Shown: in pieces, positions 10,394 through 24,913 of the stretch
How the letters are laid out: the number at the start of each line of letters is the position of its first letter
Position numbering within the stretch: the stretch's first letter is position 1
Program-made: the position numbers and the translations under genes
Notes under the pieces: generated by a model
Told to the model about the DNA's origin: nothing
Seen by the model: only the letters and a program-made list of their open reading frames with translations
The model's database searches: none
Source of the DNA: Octopus bimaculoides
Lineage: Eukaryota
Assembly (NCBI RefSeq): GCF_001194135.2
Contig: NC_068991.1
Span: 16,740,498-16,773,534 of the forward strand
Reading direction: 5' to 3'
Length of the DNA stretch: 33,037 nucleotides

Positions 10394-13300
10394 CTGGAGA
10401 AAAGAAATGAAATGAAAGAAAAACTAAGAAACTCCACCACAAAAAAACAATAAAAAAATCAATCATGTAAAAGGGGGAAAAGCTGCACGAATATACATAT
10501 ATATATATTCACATACTAAATTGATGTATAAGCATCATAAAATATATACACAGTATTTAAGAGATCAATTACTAATGTATTACACTTCAATATATTATTA
10601 CAAATCAATAAATATTAATGGAATAAATTTGCATGTGTATAAAATAATTGATAGTCAAGAGGAACATATTTACAATAATAAAGAAGTGAAAAAAAGCAGA
10701 AATTACACAATAAGGAAAAATATAAAAGATATGATGCAGAATGCTGATATTTTAACTTTTTCTCCTGGTGATATGGATACTCTATCACATCTAAATCCTT
10801 TAATTATAAAGATTATGATAATTTTCTCTATTTGGTGAAAGAACATCTGTGAAATTTCTGCTTTTCTGAATGAGTGTGTGTGTATAGATTTAAGATTAAC
10901 TATTGCAATTGTAAAAGGGGAGATTGTTTGTGAAAACATTGTGTGTGTGTGTGTATAGTGAAGATGCATAGCTCAGTGGTTAGAGCATCAGGCTCACAAT
11001 CACAAGGTTGTGAGTTCAATTTCTAGACTGGGCTGTGTTGTGTTCTTGAGCAAGACACTTTATTTCACGTTGCTCCAGTTCACTCAGCTGTAGAAATGAA
11101 TTGTGACATCACTGGTGCCAAGCTGTATCGGCCTTTGCCTTTCCCTTGGATAACATCAGCACTTTCTGTTGCATTGTTGCCTTTATTGAACTCATAAAGC
11201 AAAATATGCTGAATATGCTCCTTTGTCACTTCTATAATAGCTTTGAAAAAATAACTATTAATATTGAACTGCACTCTTGCACTAAGAATAAGTACAAGAC
11301 AAAATTACTACCTGCTTTGATGCAGGTAGTTTATCCTGTCTCCCTCTGACTTTTCATGCAATTGAAAAAATTGCATTATTTATGGGATGACCCAATATAT
11401 CAGGGCTATATCTGAAAATTTTTGAAAAGTTAATAAATAAGTTTAAAAATTTTTTTTGAACCAGAATCTTGATAAAATAACAGTATTTTAAATTTTTGAG
11501 AAGTGAAAAAGTTAAAAAAAATAAAAATAAAAAAATAAACAAAATAAATAATATTTTATTTTGCGTGTAATTTCATGGAACATAAATCTTGTTGGCATCT
11601 CATGATATAGCATCTATTTAAAGTACAAATTCCAGTCTAGATAGAAACACAAAAACTAATTTTTATTACTCTCAATGTCAGTTTTATTATCCGGTTATTT
11701 GCTATCTACAATTACGAGTAAAATTTTATTGTATTTAATCAGACATTGATTGATACAATTTCCGATGTGGACATAGCAATACACACGGGTTCCATGAACC
11801 TGTCGTCTTCAACTATCAGTATGGAAGGATATAAAAGACATAATATAGAATGTAAGCATTTTCATTATATTTCCATCTAAATATTTTTTTTTTCCTATAG
11901 AAACATGTACAATGATAGTTTATAATAACACAGTATTTTGGGAAGAGAAGTATGGCATTTTATATTCATATTCAGATTACGGGTTTATGACAATGGAAGT
12001 ATTACCTATTAGTCTTTCATACTGAAGGCTGGTGGCAGTAATTCCATGGTAGACGTTTGACTGTTATACCAAATGTTTAATACATTATCAATATTAGAGA
12101 CAAACATAACATTATTTTAGCTCTTTGTTACAAGGGGGAGCTGAAAAGTTCCTGGTTATTGGTAAAAGAAAATACAGGGGGATCAGTTGTGATTTTATTC
12201 AACACATCCCCCTCTCAGATTCACACATTTATTGCAGTGGTCCTTCAGTTTTTCTAAGTTTTGTAAAAGAACTTGTAATGTTGGGCCTCCCAAAAGGTCT
12301 TTCACAATAACCTTAAAGCCAGGAACTTTTCAGCACCCCCTCGTACATGTAAGTGAGCTTGGATAACAGATACAGATACACAGCTGATTTTTTTTTTTTT
12401 TTGGCAACTGAAGGACAGTACCTCACAACAACCTACTTCAATGCGTGACCACAAGTGGCATTGTGTGCACTGTGTGTTTACATGCATTATCTACACTGCA
12501 CTTGCTAGTGGTGGTACCAAAATTTTGAGAGATTCTCTGTTTATTTAGCTTAACCCTTTAGTGTTCAGATTAATCTGTCAAATGTAATGCTTATCTGTTT
12601 ACATAAATTTTGATTTATTCAGGTTCAAGTGGGGTGTCCACAATATTTGCTTGTAACTTTGTTAATTTTCTATATACAGATTTGAAATTTTGTAAATGGG
12701 TGCTTATATGCCAGTGGTTTATAGTTACATAATTTTAGCTGATCTTTCTGATTAAATTTGACTTTTATGGGCAGGTAAATTTAATTAACAGGTGTAAAAA
12801 CAATAACAATATGAATAAACACTAAAATTCATATTCTTAATACATCTTACCAGTTTGATTTGTTAGTAAAATTATCTCAGATGGCAACCACCAACAATTT
12901 TACATTTTTCAAGATGAGGAACATTAATTTGAATTAATTAAAACATGATATAGTTACATTCTCAATCACGCTGATTCATAGGGGCCGGTTTTCTGTTTTC
13001 CTGGCATATATATTCCACACCTGGATGTGAGGCCAGTCCTTTACAGAATTACTCACTTTTGAAATGAAGTGTTTTGCTCAAGAACACAACGTGTTGCCTT
13101 GTCCAGGAATCAAAACCACAATCTTACAACCATGAGTCCAATACTCTAACCACTGAGCCATGTGCCTCCACAATAGGATCAGTAGGAAAAGTTTGTTAAG
13201 AAAGGATTTGAACTCAGAATGCAAAAGGATATAAGAAAATCACATCATCATTGTTTAACATCCATGTTCCAAGTGGATATGGGTCAGACAGTTTGATAGG

Positions 13301-16300
13301 ATCCAATGGATCCTATGAGTACATTGTGCCCCAATGTCTGTTTTGGCATGGTTTCTACAGCTGGATGCCCTTCTTAATGCCCACCACTTTACAGAATGTA
13401 AATGTACTGACTGCTTTTTTCCATGACACCAGCACTTGTGAGTCACTAGGCAGCCTGCAAGACTAAGATTCTCTTCAAATTAATGAAACTACAGTAGAGA
13501 GATGAGGGTGCTAAGCTGTGAGCAAATGGGCTAGTACAGAAAAAGTTTCTTGCTGTAGAGGAACTACATGGTTACTTACAAGATATTGTCTGACGCACAA
13601 CTTATTCCACCAACTAAATTCCCTTAATCTACAAAAATTTTCCATTATTCTTTTATTCTTTTACTTGTTTCAGTCATTTGACTGTGGCCATGCTAGAGCA
13701 CCACCTTAATGGGTTTTTAATTGAAGAAATCAACCCCAGGACTTATTCTTTGGAAGCCTAGTTCTTATTCTATCGGTCTCTTTTGCTGAACTCCTAAGTT
13801 ACAGGGATGTAAACACACCAACATTAGTTATCAAGCAATGGTGGTGGTGGTGTTGGGGCAAACACAGATATACACATAAATATATATATATACGACGGGC
13901 TTCTTTTAGTTTCCTTCCACCAAATCCACTCACAAGGCCTTGGCTGGTCTGAGATTATAGTAGTGGGACTGAATCTGGAACCACGTGATTGGGAAGCAAG
14001 CTTACCACACAGCCATACCTGCACCTACAGTCATGCCTGTGCCTGCACAGCCATGTCTACATCTACAGTCACGTCTGCACCTTCACAGCCATGCTTGTAC
14101 CTTTTTTATTATGATTTTGTTTCCTCAAAATCAATTGTTAAACCTGATAGTCACTTGAAGCAGCTGACACCTCTTGCCTGCAAAGACTGACCTGTCAAGG
14201 AGGACAGTCACTCCAAACAAGAATTGATTCAGTGCGTAACAATCCCTCTAACCCATGCAAACATAGAAAGTAGACGTAAAATAAACAATGATGATGATAA
14301 TGATGATCCAAGTGAATTTGATGTTCTTTTCCCTTCAATTCATTTTTCCTTTGTTTGTTTCTTGCTGGATTACAATAAACACAGACAAAAAACAGATTGG
14401 TCACATTTATTATTACATCATCAATGTGCGAAAGGTCGATTTATCAAAGTGAATGCCTACTTTACCAATCTATAATTTTGATTTTTCAAGAGCCTGCTTT
14501 CCTTAATGTGTTACGTTTGTCACATTATGAGGAGACAAATCTTTGCCAAGTAGGAATAATATATATATAAAAAAAAAATGTCATCTCAGACCTGTATTGA
14601 TTTTTGGCTTGCTCTGTCCAATATCTTAATCAGTTGACCTTTATTTCGACATTAGCAACCATATCTCTACTAAGTGGATATTGGAGAGTCTGGAGGAAGG
14701 ACGGGCGAGAAGGACGGATGGGAAAGAAGGGAGAGAGTTAACCACGAACAGCCAACACAGGTCATCGAGTTAAGCCAGTTACATCACACCTCTGGAACGT
14801 TGGTCGGTTGCTATGGTGACTGTTAAAACTGGACGTAGCTTCTTGGGCCATTATACAGTCATTGGCTGAAATGTGAATTGATGATGATGATGATGATGAT
14901 GATGTTGATGTTGGTGGTGGTGGATGCTTTGGTGGTGGTAATAACGGGTGACGGTAATGATGACGACGATAAAGGTTATGGTGGTGGTGGTGGTGGTGCT
15001 TATGGAAATGACATGTGTGATGGATTTCTATGATGATAACGACATCAAAGTTAATGATGATGATGCTAATTGGAAGCGATGGTGGTCGTGGTGGTGATGA
15101 TGATGCAATGATGAAACCAACAGTGATGATGATGGTGGTGATGTTGATGAAAATATAATGATCACAGTGATGCATTGAGGATGGTGATGGTGCAATGATA
15201 AAATTGATGCAATAGTTAGGGTGATGTTAAGGTGGTGAGCTTGGCAGAATTGTTAGCATGCTGGGCAAAATGCTTTACGGCATTTCGTCCATCTTCACGT
15301 TCTGAGTTCAAATTCTGCTGAGGCTGACTTTGTTTTTCATCCTTTCAGGGTCGATAAAATAAGTACCAGCTGAGCACTGGGGTTGATCTTGTAGTAAGAC
15401 ATGATAAATCTTTTTTTTTTTTTTTATTGGAGCACAAATTAGTTGTTTAGGACAGATGCTGACCAGTTAAGGTTGGCTTTGCACAAATTCAAACAATAAT
15501 TTCTGCCCGAGTCTAAAGGGCATCTAAAAACTAAAAGTTTTAGTTGCTGTGAAGACGTTGAACTGTTAACAATGTACTTTCAAGCTCCTCACTCTGTCAG
15601 CTTCATCTAGAACAGGGGTTTTCAAACTTTTTGACTTGCGGACCCCTTTATATTTCAGGCTTTACCTTAGGAGCCCCCTTATAAACGCTTATGAAATTTA
15701 TACATAAATATTTGCTTAAAATAACATATATTTTTACATTTATTTATTTAACAGTATTTAACAAATAGGTTTATTGTCAATTAAAAGATTTCGATTAAAA
15801 AACATACATAAAATCAAATTGCCCATAAAAAGTATTTGCTGTCTATGGACCCCCTGTGGTCCGCGGACCACAGTTTGAAAACCCCTGATCTAGAACATGG
15901 GAAGTTACTGTTTTGCTTTCCTAGTCATTATGACTCCTGGGCTAAATTTCCTTTAGTAACTCTGAATCCTTGTGCCCAGTTCTTCACTTGTCATTCATTT
16001 CTTTTAAGCAGCTTTGAGGCTTATTATATCATTTTATCTGCTTTGCTGAAATGGGCTTCTCCAGCAAAATTTGTATCTACATTATAACATTTGTCCTACT
16101 TTGTATCATGAAATTGATATCAAATCCAATCTAGAGACCCTGTAAATTGTAGTAAGTGAAACTGAAATTATTCATGTCTTATACATGTTATTCCTGCCAG
16201 ACTGTATGTCCACATTATGATGTTTTGCACACATTGTAAGTTTTGCTGCCACACACATTTGTTCAGCGTTTTTGGAAACCTGTAATAAAATCATTGCATT

Positions 16301-18267
16301 TTGAACATGAATACAATTTATTGTCTTCTGATTCTTACTGTATGGCATCAACGAATACCTATCTACAGAACTGTATATCTAGTTAACATTTATTTTTGCT
16401 AAAATCTAACTGACTGACTTACTTCTCCACCAAACTTGCTGGACCTATGTCAAAATTTGAAATCAATAAAGTGATGCAATGATTATGATGATGATGATGA
16501 TGATATGATGATAGTAATGAAAATCCCAGTACCTTCATTGAACTGATAACCAAACATGATCATCACCAAACTCAGCAAACTAACTGGATACTATTAAAAA
16601 TATTTTTTTTCCTCTTATCTTTTGTACAGAAGAGCAAAACCGGCAACAATGACCTTTTTCACAGCTTGTAAAACAGGTGGGGCTGAAAGCAAGTGACCTT
16701 GAAAACAGAACTTCAGTTGGAATGTATATAAAGGTACCCAAGTGTCAAGCTAGAAATAGTACCCAAGCTCCTCTAAAATCATACAAAAACATTCTAATCT
16801 GGTATAGTGCATCTTGCTGTATTTTTCTCACTACACCACACTAGAAGTGAAGACTGTATGTGTGTGTTATTTCTTTACTACCCACAAGGGGCTACACACA
16901 GAGGGGACAAACAAGGACAGACAAATGGATTAAGTCGATTATATCGACCATCAGTGCGTAACTGGTACTTATTTAATCGACCCCGAAAGGATGAAAGGCA
17001 AAGTCGACCTCGGCAGAATTTGAAATCAGAACATAGCGGCAGACGAAATACCACTAAGCATTTCGCCCGGTGTGCTAACATTTCTGCCAGCTCGCCGCCA
17101 TGTGTGTGTGTGTGTGTTTATATGTGTATCATCATCATCGTTTTAATATCCACTTTTCCATGTTGGCATGGGTCTGACTGAATTCATTGAGGTAGTATTT
17201 TTTATAGTCAGATACCCTTCCTTTTACCAAACTTTCACAACAAACTTTTCCTTTCCTATGGCGCTTTCTCATTTGATAGGGTTTGCACTGTGTGTGAGTA
17301 TGTATGTGTACATGAATAACAAGACGTGTGTGCATGTGTGCACGCACAATGTGTTGACATTAATACAGGGTGCTACGGATACATAATATTGGTTTCAAAT
17401 TTTGGCACAAGGCCAGCAAGTTCAGGGGCAGGGTTAAGTCAATTACATCAACCACTTGAGCATGTCCCTTAGTGGCTGACGATATGTGCATCTCTGATCA
17501 TGCGCAGAAGTAGCGGGGGAGTCATAGCCGTGTGTTGAGAGGAATTCTTTGGAGTTTGAATAATTCACCTCTGGAAACATGGGTGTTTTGTTTATCATCC
17601 TTAAATAACCCTTAATCAGGGATCTTTTGAGCTTGAAGAAAATTCTAACTGGGCCTCCACCTGTAAGGTCATGCACTATTTATCTTGATATGAGATCACT
17701 ATGTCGTGCACATATGGTTGTGATGCATATGCCTGGTGTACCCTTATCAGATGGGTAGTCATGATGGGTATACTGGGCTTTGTATATTATACCCTAATGT
17801 CACTCTGATGGCATGCACTGCTCTCTCACTCAATAATAACAATAATTATGTTTTCAAATTTTGCCACAAGCACAGCAATTTTGCCTTTTATCCCAAAAGG
17901 ATGAAAGACAAAGTCAATCTTGGCAGAATTTGAACTCAGAATATAGCAATAGGTGAAATACCACTAAGCATTTTTTCCAGTGTGCTAATGATTCTGCCAG
18001 CTCGCTACCTTAATAATAATAATAACAATAATAATAATAATAATAATAATAATAATCCTTTCTGCTATAGGCACAAGGCCTGAAATTTTGAGGAGGGGGA
18101 TAGTCGATTACATCGATCCCAGTGTTCAATTGGTGCTTATTTCATCAACCCCAAAAGGATGAAAGGCAAAGTTGACCTCAGTGGAATTTGAACTCAGTAC
18201 ACAGAGTTGGAAGAAATGCTGTGAAGCATTTTGTCTGCAATGGTAACGATTCTGCCAGGTTAACACT

Positions 18268-18320
<53 letters not shown>

Positions 18321-18451
18321 GTCGATGATGATGATGATGATGATGATAAACAACTGCTCACAGCAACCAAGTATTTAATGTCATGGTGCTGACAAAGTTA
18401 TCAAGTTGACATTTTAACCAGCTCAATAACAAGTTAAAATTTGGTGACAAA

Positions 18452-18485
<34 letters not shown>

Positions 18486-18517
18486 GTGGGGTGGGGGAGA
18501 AATGTGACATTTTACTC

Positions 18518-18561
<44 letters not shown>

Positions 18562-20377
18562 CAAACAGCACCCCGTGAGTCATTAGAATTTCCAGACACC
18601 ATTTCAGATCAGAAACTAGAGTTTCAAGTAGTTTTTCTATGGCAAGCCAGTCTGGTAGTTGACTCGTTGCTCTTGTAGAGATGCAATGGCCAAGTGGATA
18701 AAGTATCGGACTACTAGTTTAAATGCCTTCAGTTCAAACCCAGTGCTGGCATTTCCTTGAGGTATATTTAGTGAATTCTACATGTCCCAGTTCAACCAAG
18801 TTGTTGAGGAATAAGTACCAGTTGTTCTAGAGATGTTAATTAGTGGATCAACAAGCTGGAAAATTTAGCTCTTGTATGCTTCACACCAAAAAACTAGAAC
18901 TAAGAATCAGCCCTTAAAAGTCCCTGGGATCTAAGGAGATACCAATGAAACACCAATTTTATTAAATAGGGAGTGCAGGTATGGCTGTGGGGATAGTGGG
19001 TTTACTTAGTAATTATGTGATCTTGTGAAGGCGCATGGCTCAGTGGTTAAAGTGTCGAGCTTATAATTGTGAGGTTATGAGTTTGAATCCCAGACCGGAC
19101 TGTGTGTTGTGTTCTTGAGCAAGACACTTTATTTCACGTTACTCCAGTTCGCTCGGCTGTAGAAATGAGTTGCGACGTCACAGGTGCCAAGCTGTATCGG
19201 CCCCTTTGCCTTTTTCTAGGTGCAATTGAAGGGTTTTTTTGTCATTTTACACACACACACACATACATGCTTATATACAAGAGAAGGCACATGGCTCAGT
19301 GATAGAGCATCTGGCTCACAACCATGAAGCAGTGAGTTCAAATAATGGACCGGGCTATGTTGTGTTCTTGAGCAAGACACTTTATTTTATGTTCCTCCAC
19401 TCAAGATTCCATACAGAAGCATCTTGGACAATTGGGTTTATGTGTTTGTGTGTATATTTATAAAAAATATATATATGTGTGTGTGTGAAGGCGCATGGCT
19501 CAGTGGTTAGAGCGTCGAGCTTACGATCAAGAGGTTATGAGTTTGAATCCTGGACCAGGCTGCGTGTTGTATTCTTGAGCAAGACACTTTATTTCCCGTT
19601 GCTCCAGTTCACTCAGCTGTAGAAATGAGTTGCGACGTCACTGGTGCCAAGCTGTATCGGCCTTTGCCTTTCCCTTGGATAACACTGGTGGCATGGAGAG
19701 GGGAGGCCGGTATGCATGGGCGACTGCTGGTCTTCCATAGACAACCTTGCCTGGACTTGTGCCTGGGAGGGTAACTTTCTAGGAGCAATCCCATGGTCAG
19801 TCATGACTGAAGGGGGTCTCAGCATGTGATCTTGAATTCTATCTCATAGTGGGTAAGTATCTTCTACTGCAGTGTTTCTCGACCTATGGACACCTTTGAT
19901 TCCTATTTTATTCGAATGGATCCTCCTAGCCGTTTGATGTTTTAAAAATCATATTATATATTTTTATGATTAAATGTTATTAGGAAATGTATAAAAAAAT
20001 TGTTAAAATATTTCATGTTTTGTAGAATTGTAACCAATTTATTGCACATAAATTTTAACAATAAAATCTTATATGGACCTCCAAGGAGCATAAAGACCAG
20101 TGTTTTTCAACCTGTTATGCTTGCGTAATCCTTAAATTAAATTACATCTCAAGGACACCCTGCACAAAAAATATTATTTACCATAATCTTCGTCATATTT
20201 TTTTCACCATAGTTCATATGTTAAATATCATACATATTTATATATATAGTTTTAGGGAAAAGAACCAAGGTTCATGAACTCATCGATGAAAATCCACTGT
20301 CACATATAGAAAAATTAATAAGTAAAAGTACAATAAATAAGTATAATATAATATAAAGTAAATATCATAAGATAATG

Positions 20378-20413
<36 letters not shown>

Positions 20414-23400
20414 TTATCATGTCATAAAAAGTTTGTTGAGCTTTGGTGCAGTCTCCTTCCTTGTGCCATATTAAACTGGCACTCCATTGGTTATGATGAC
20501 GAGAATTCCAGTTGATCTGATCAATGGAATAGTCTGCTTCGGAAATGCATGTGTAAGTGGCTGAGCACTCCACAGACACGCATATCCTTAGCATAGTTCT
20601 CAGGAAGATTCAGCATGACACAGAATGTGATATGGCTGGCCCCTTGAAATACAGGTATTACTCATTTTTGCCAGCTGAGTGACCTGGAGGGACATGAAAT
20701 AAAGTGCCTTGCTCAAGGATACAATGCACTGCTGGGAATCGAACTCATGACTTTATGATTGTGAGCCGAATACTTAACCACTAAGCCATGAGCCTTCACT
20801 CCTTGTGCCATATAAATAAGAGCGGACAGGTGGAAAATGAGGTCAAAGTTGAACCATCCAAGAGGAAAGGACAGAAAAAAAGAAAGAAAGAAAAAAAAGA
20901 AAAAGGAGAATTAAGGGAAAGAATGAAAGTTATGGAAAAGAGAGAAATCCTATCGTTCACCTAGGAGGAAGTGCATGTGGTGGGGGGACTGTATTGTTTT
21001 TGAAATTTTGATGCTTTTTCTGACTAGGGAAAGTGACCTTTAAAAAATGTTACATAATGAAAAGTGAAGTGTTAGAATTTTGGTTGATATATCACATTTG
21101 TGCGCACACACAGAGTTTGGTAATATAGTGGAAATGGGGGAGGAAGAAAAAAAAATACGGCTTTTTCTGATAGTGAAGCGGTTGTTGTTATTGTCATGGG
21201 TTGTTGTTATCTAATTCCAGGTCATTCAGGTTCAATCCAGCAGACTAATGAATAAAGACATTCCAGTCATGACAAACATGCATTCATTTACTTCAAGACA
21301 CAGAGTATCGAAACAAACAGCATTCAATGAAGCCATCTACATTTAAAATACAGATAACATGTATTTTGAGGGAGGTTTGACTGTTATTCCTAGCACTGAG
21401 TAACCATGTAGAGCTTCCATTCTTGATACATGATAAAAGCAATAGTAGTCGTAGTCATCATTGTTGCTTGACTCCACGTCTGTCCTGACTCAGCAGACCT
21501 ATCTATGATCAAAGATGTTCCGCATGTGACTATCCCATCTATTTTTTTAAGATAGAAAGATATGATCGGAAGGATAAATTTGACTGATATTTCTAGCAAG
21601 TCCAAGTGATCACATCCAAGTCCCTTCAGCAGCTAGCAGTAGTAGTAGAGGTAGAAGTCACTACCTCTTGTTGTTTGACCAAGTTCAGCCCAGATCTGGC
21701 AGACCAAAATATAATCAAACGTGCTCCAGCAGTGACCATCTCTTCATTTTATCAAGCATAACATATATTGGACTATGTTATGCAATGTAGTTTCTAATAC
21801 ATTGAGGTGAAGTTTGATGGCTGTTTGACTGTTACTCTTAGTAAGTCAAACATTCACATGGATACTGCCTCATTGAAAACATAATTGTTTGCTCTGGTGG
21901 TCATTCATCAGTCAAGGGAGCAAATTAACAGAATGTAACATTGAATACGAATGCATCCTGGGGCCCACCTGGGCAGGGATGGGGATTTTAAAGACCATGG
22001 CTTAGCCTTAGTCTTATGACAAGTAGATGAATCATCCTCTGAATAGGATTGTATACTGGCTTAGGTTAGCCTACATATCCACATAAGACAATTGACAATT
22101 CAGCACGCACACACATATACACCCGTTCATTTACCATCTGTTTTTCCATGCTAGCATGGGTCGAATGAATACATATTGAGGCATTGTTTTTATAGATGTG
22201 GATGTGTGATCGAGATGTTTTTTCCCAACCAAATAGTTTTTAGTTCATTCCCACTGCATGGCACCTTGAGCAAGTGTCTTCTACAATAGTCCCATGCTGA
22301 TCAAAGCCTAGTGAGTAGATTTGGAGGGAAAAAAGCTGAAAGCAGCCCATCATACGTTTTGTGTGTGTGTGTTTGCATGAATGTTAGTGTCTCTTTCTTT
22401 TGATATTCTGTGGTACTTGTAAAAATGAGCATCATCATCATACAAATGGTGTCTTTCATTTCCAATATTCCGTAAAAACATGTCTGCCGATAGGGAAATA
22501 TTACTTTACTTGAAAACAAATAAGAGTTGACAACAGGAAGAGCATCCAGCTGTAGAAAATTTACCTCAATAAATTCTGTCTGATTTGTGCAAGTATAGAG
22601 AAGTGGATGTTAAAATAATGATAACGATGAAGATGATGATGATGATGAGGAGGAAGAGGAGGAGGAAAAAAAGAGGAGGTTTATTTCCTTATCACTAAGC
22701 TTTAATTGCTTTTAAAGCAATTGTTTTTTTTAAATTCTATTCATCTTTGAAAGAGCAGAGATACAGAAGAATGATTTGTCAGCAGGAAATGTCAACAAAC
22801 ATCACCATTTTTGTTCTTCTCAATTCTTTTCATATCCGGACAGTTGCAAGCACTCACACACATACACATGCACTCACACACATACACCGGGTTTCTATAG
22901 AGTTTCTAAGTATTCTGTTCTGTTTGCAAATGTCATGCAGTGAGATAGAACTCAGGACCATGTGGTAACCAAAGCAAACACTATATCCACACAGCCATGC
23001 TGTATCCATGTGTGTATTTGTATGGGTCTTTTACTCTTTTTTTTTTTTTACTGTTTTACTTGTTTCAGTCATTTGACTGTGGCCATACTGGAGTACCGCC
23101 TTTAGTCGAACAAATTGACCCCAGGACTTATTCTTTGTAAGCCTTGTACTTATGCTCTCGGTCTCTTTTGCCGAACCACTAAGTTACGGGGTCATAAACA
23201 CACCGACATCGGTTGTCAAGCGATGGTGGGGTGACAAACACAGACAGACAAATACACACACATATATATAGGATAAACCCTGGCATTAACTGTAGAACTA
23301 GAAACATAGTCTATAGCATAAGGTGCATAGAAAGTGCTTGTAAAGAAATGAACATGACATACATAGGAGAGACATCTAGGAGCGTTGCGGAAAGACTAAA

Positions 23401-24344
23401 TGGACATTTGAGACAATATGCCAACAAAAAACAGTCCCCCATACTCTACCAACAGGGAAGCAACCTGGGTCAACTTGACATCCACATTTTAACCAAACAT
23501 CCAAAGGACCCAACACCCAGACAAATACAAGTAGTACGTCCTCATAAATGAAACATCCCCAGTACTAAATAGGAAATATACGTAGTAGGTAGTCATACCC
23601 CCTACCCACAGTTTATATTTATATACAGGTAGAATAGTTAGTGGGCTGTTATGTAGATGTGTGTGTGTATGTATATGTGCACATGTATGTAGGTAAATGG
23701 ATGTGAATGTAAACACATCGACATACAGACAGATAGGTACATAGGTAATATGAACAGACAAGCACACATATACACATGCATATGCAAATGAAGACTGAAA
23801 CACGTGACCATACACACACACACTTCACTTCACACAAGGACACATATGGAGACACACATCCAAACATAGAGACACAGTACATAGTCGCAAAAACCCATAC
23901 ACAGACACACTCAGACATGCATACACAAGGAGACAGAGGTACACACATACACATTAAGAAACACAAACACGAACATACAAACACATGAATATGTAGAATA
24001 CGTACATACATACATATGCAGACACATACATACATATATGCATACATACATATATATATGCATACATACATACATACATGTGTATGTGCACACACACTGA
24101 TCCACACACATGCGCACAAACAAAAAAAAAGAATGCAGCTCAGATAACAGACAGAGTCAACGACCGCTGAAAAGGTTGCAAGACTCAACGAAAATTTTAG
24201 GAAAAATCAATAAGTAAATGAGTGGAAATTTTACCGGTGAGTGTGTTAAATAATAAGAGAACGACTCTCCCCAGACACAACAAAATATGCTTCAACACAC
24301 GAACTCACATAAAGAATCTTTCAAACCAAATCCAAAAACGATAT

Positions 24345-24380
<36 letters not shown>

Positions 24381-24819
24381 CACACACACAAGCTTGCTCC
24401 TCAACCATGTGGTTCCGGGTTCAGTCCCACTGCATGGCACCTTGGGCAAGTGTCTTCTATTATAGCTTCAGGCCAATGAAAGCCTTACAAGTGGATTTTA
24501 GTTTATATATTTATGTCTTTGTGTCTGTGTTTGTTCCCCACCACCATCGCTTGACAACTGATTTTGGTGTGTTTAGTAAATGAGCCAGACAGAATAAGTA
24601 CTAGGCTTACAAAGAATAAGTCCTGAGGTCAATTTCTTCAACTAAAAAACCCTTTAAGGCAGTACCCCAACATGGCCACAGTCAAATGAGTGAAACAAGT
24701 AAAAGAGTATACACACGTAAATGTATATATATATACACATACACATACACAAGTGTGTGTGTATTTGATTGAAACAAGTAAAGGACTATACATATGTAAA
24801 TATATTTATGTATATACAT

Positions 24820-24913
<94 letters not shown>

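Noticed and set aside
11311-11410. Apparent minus-strand exon (ttttcag ... CAG|gtagta)
   Set aside because: It contains stops in all frames and includes tattgggtcatcccataaataatgc, which resembles a mariner TIR remnant.
11743-11990. Plus-strand exon pair ([12 protein letters not shown], gtaagc, then ttttcctatag)
   Set aside because: The intron would be only 49 nt and the splice creates an immediate TAA.
14592-14689. Minus-strand exon after a long pyrimidine tract
   Set aside because: All three frames hit stops before the CAG|gtctga donor; only a weak gtcaac donor would rescue 51 nt.
5470-19560. tRNA-like cloverleaf starts (tggctcagtgg...gttcgaatcc), e.g. at 5470-5550 and 19487-19560
   Set aside because: Each continues into a shared SINE body and lacks a proper acceptor stem, so these are SINE heads, not tRNA genes.
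23489-24188. VCM/HT-rich ORFs (also 14762-15175, 18126-18564, 20280-20594)
   Set aside because: Translations of microsatellite or low-complexity tracts.
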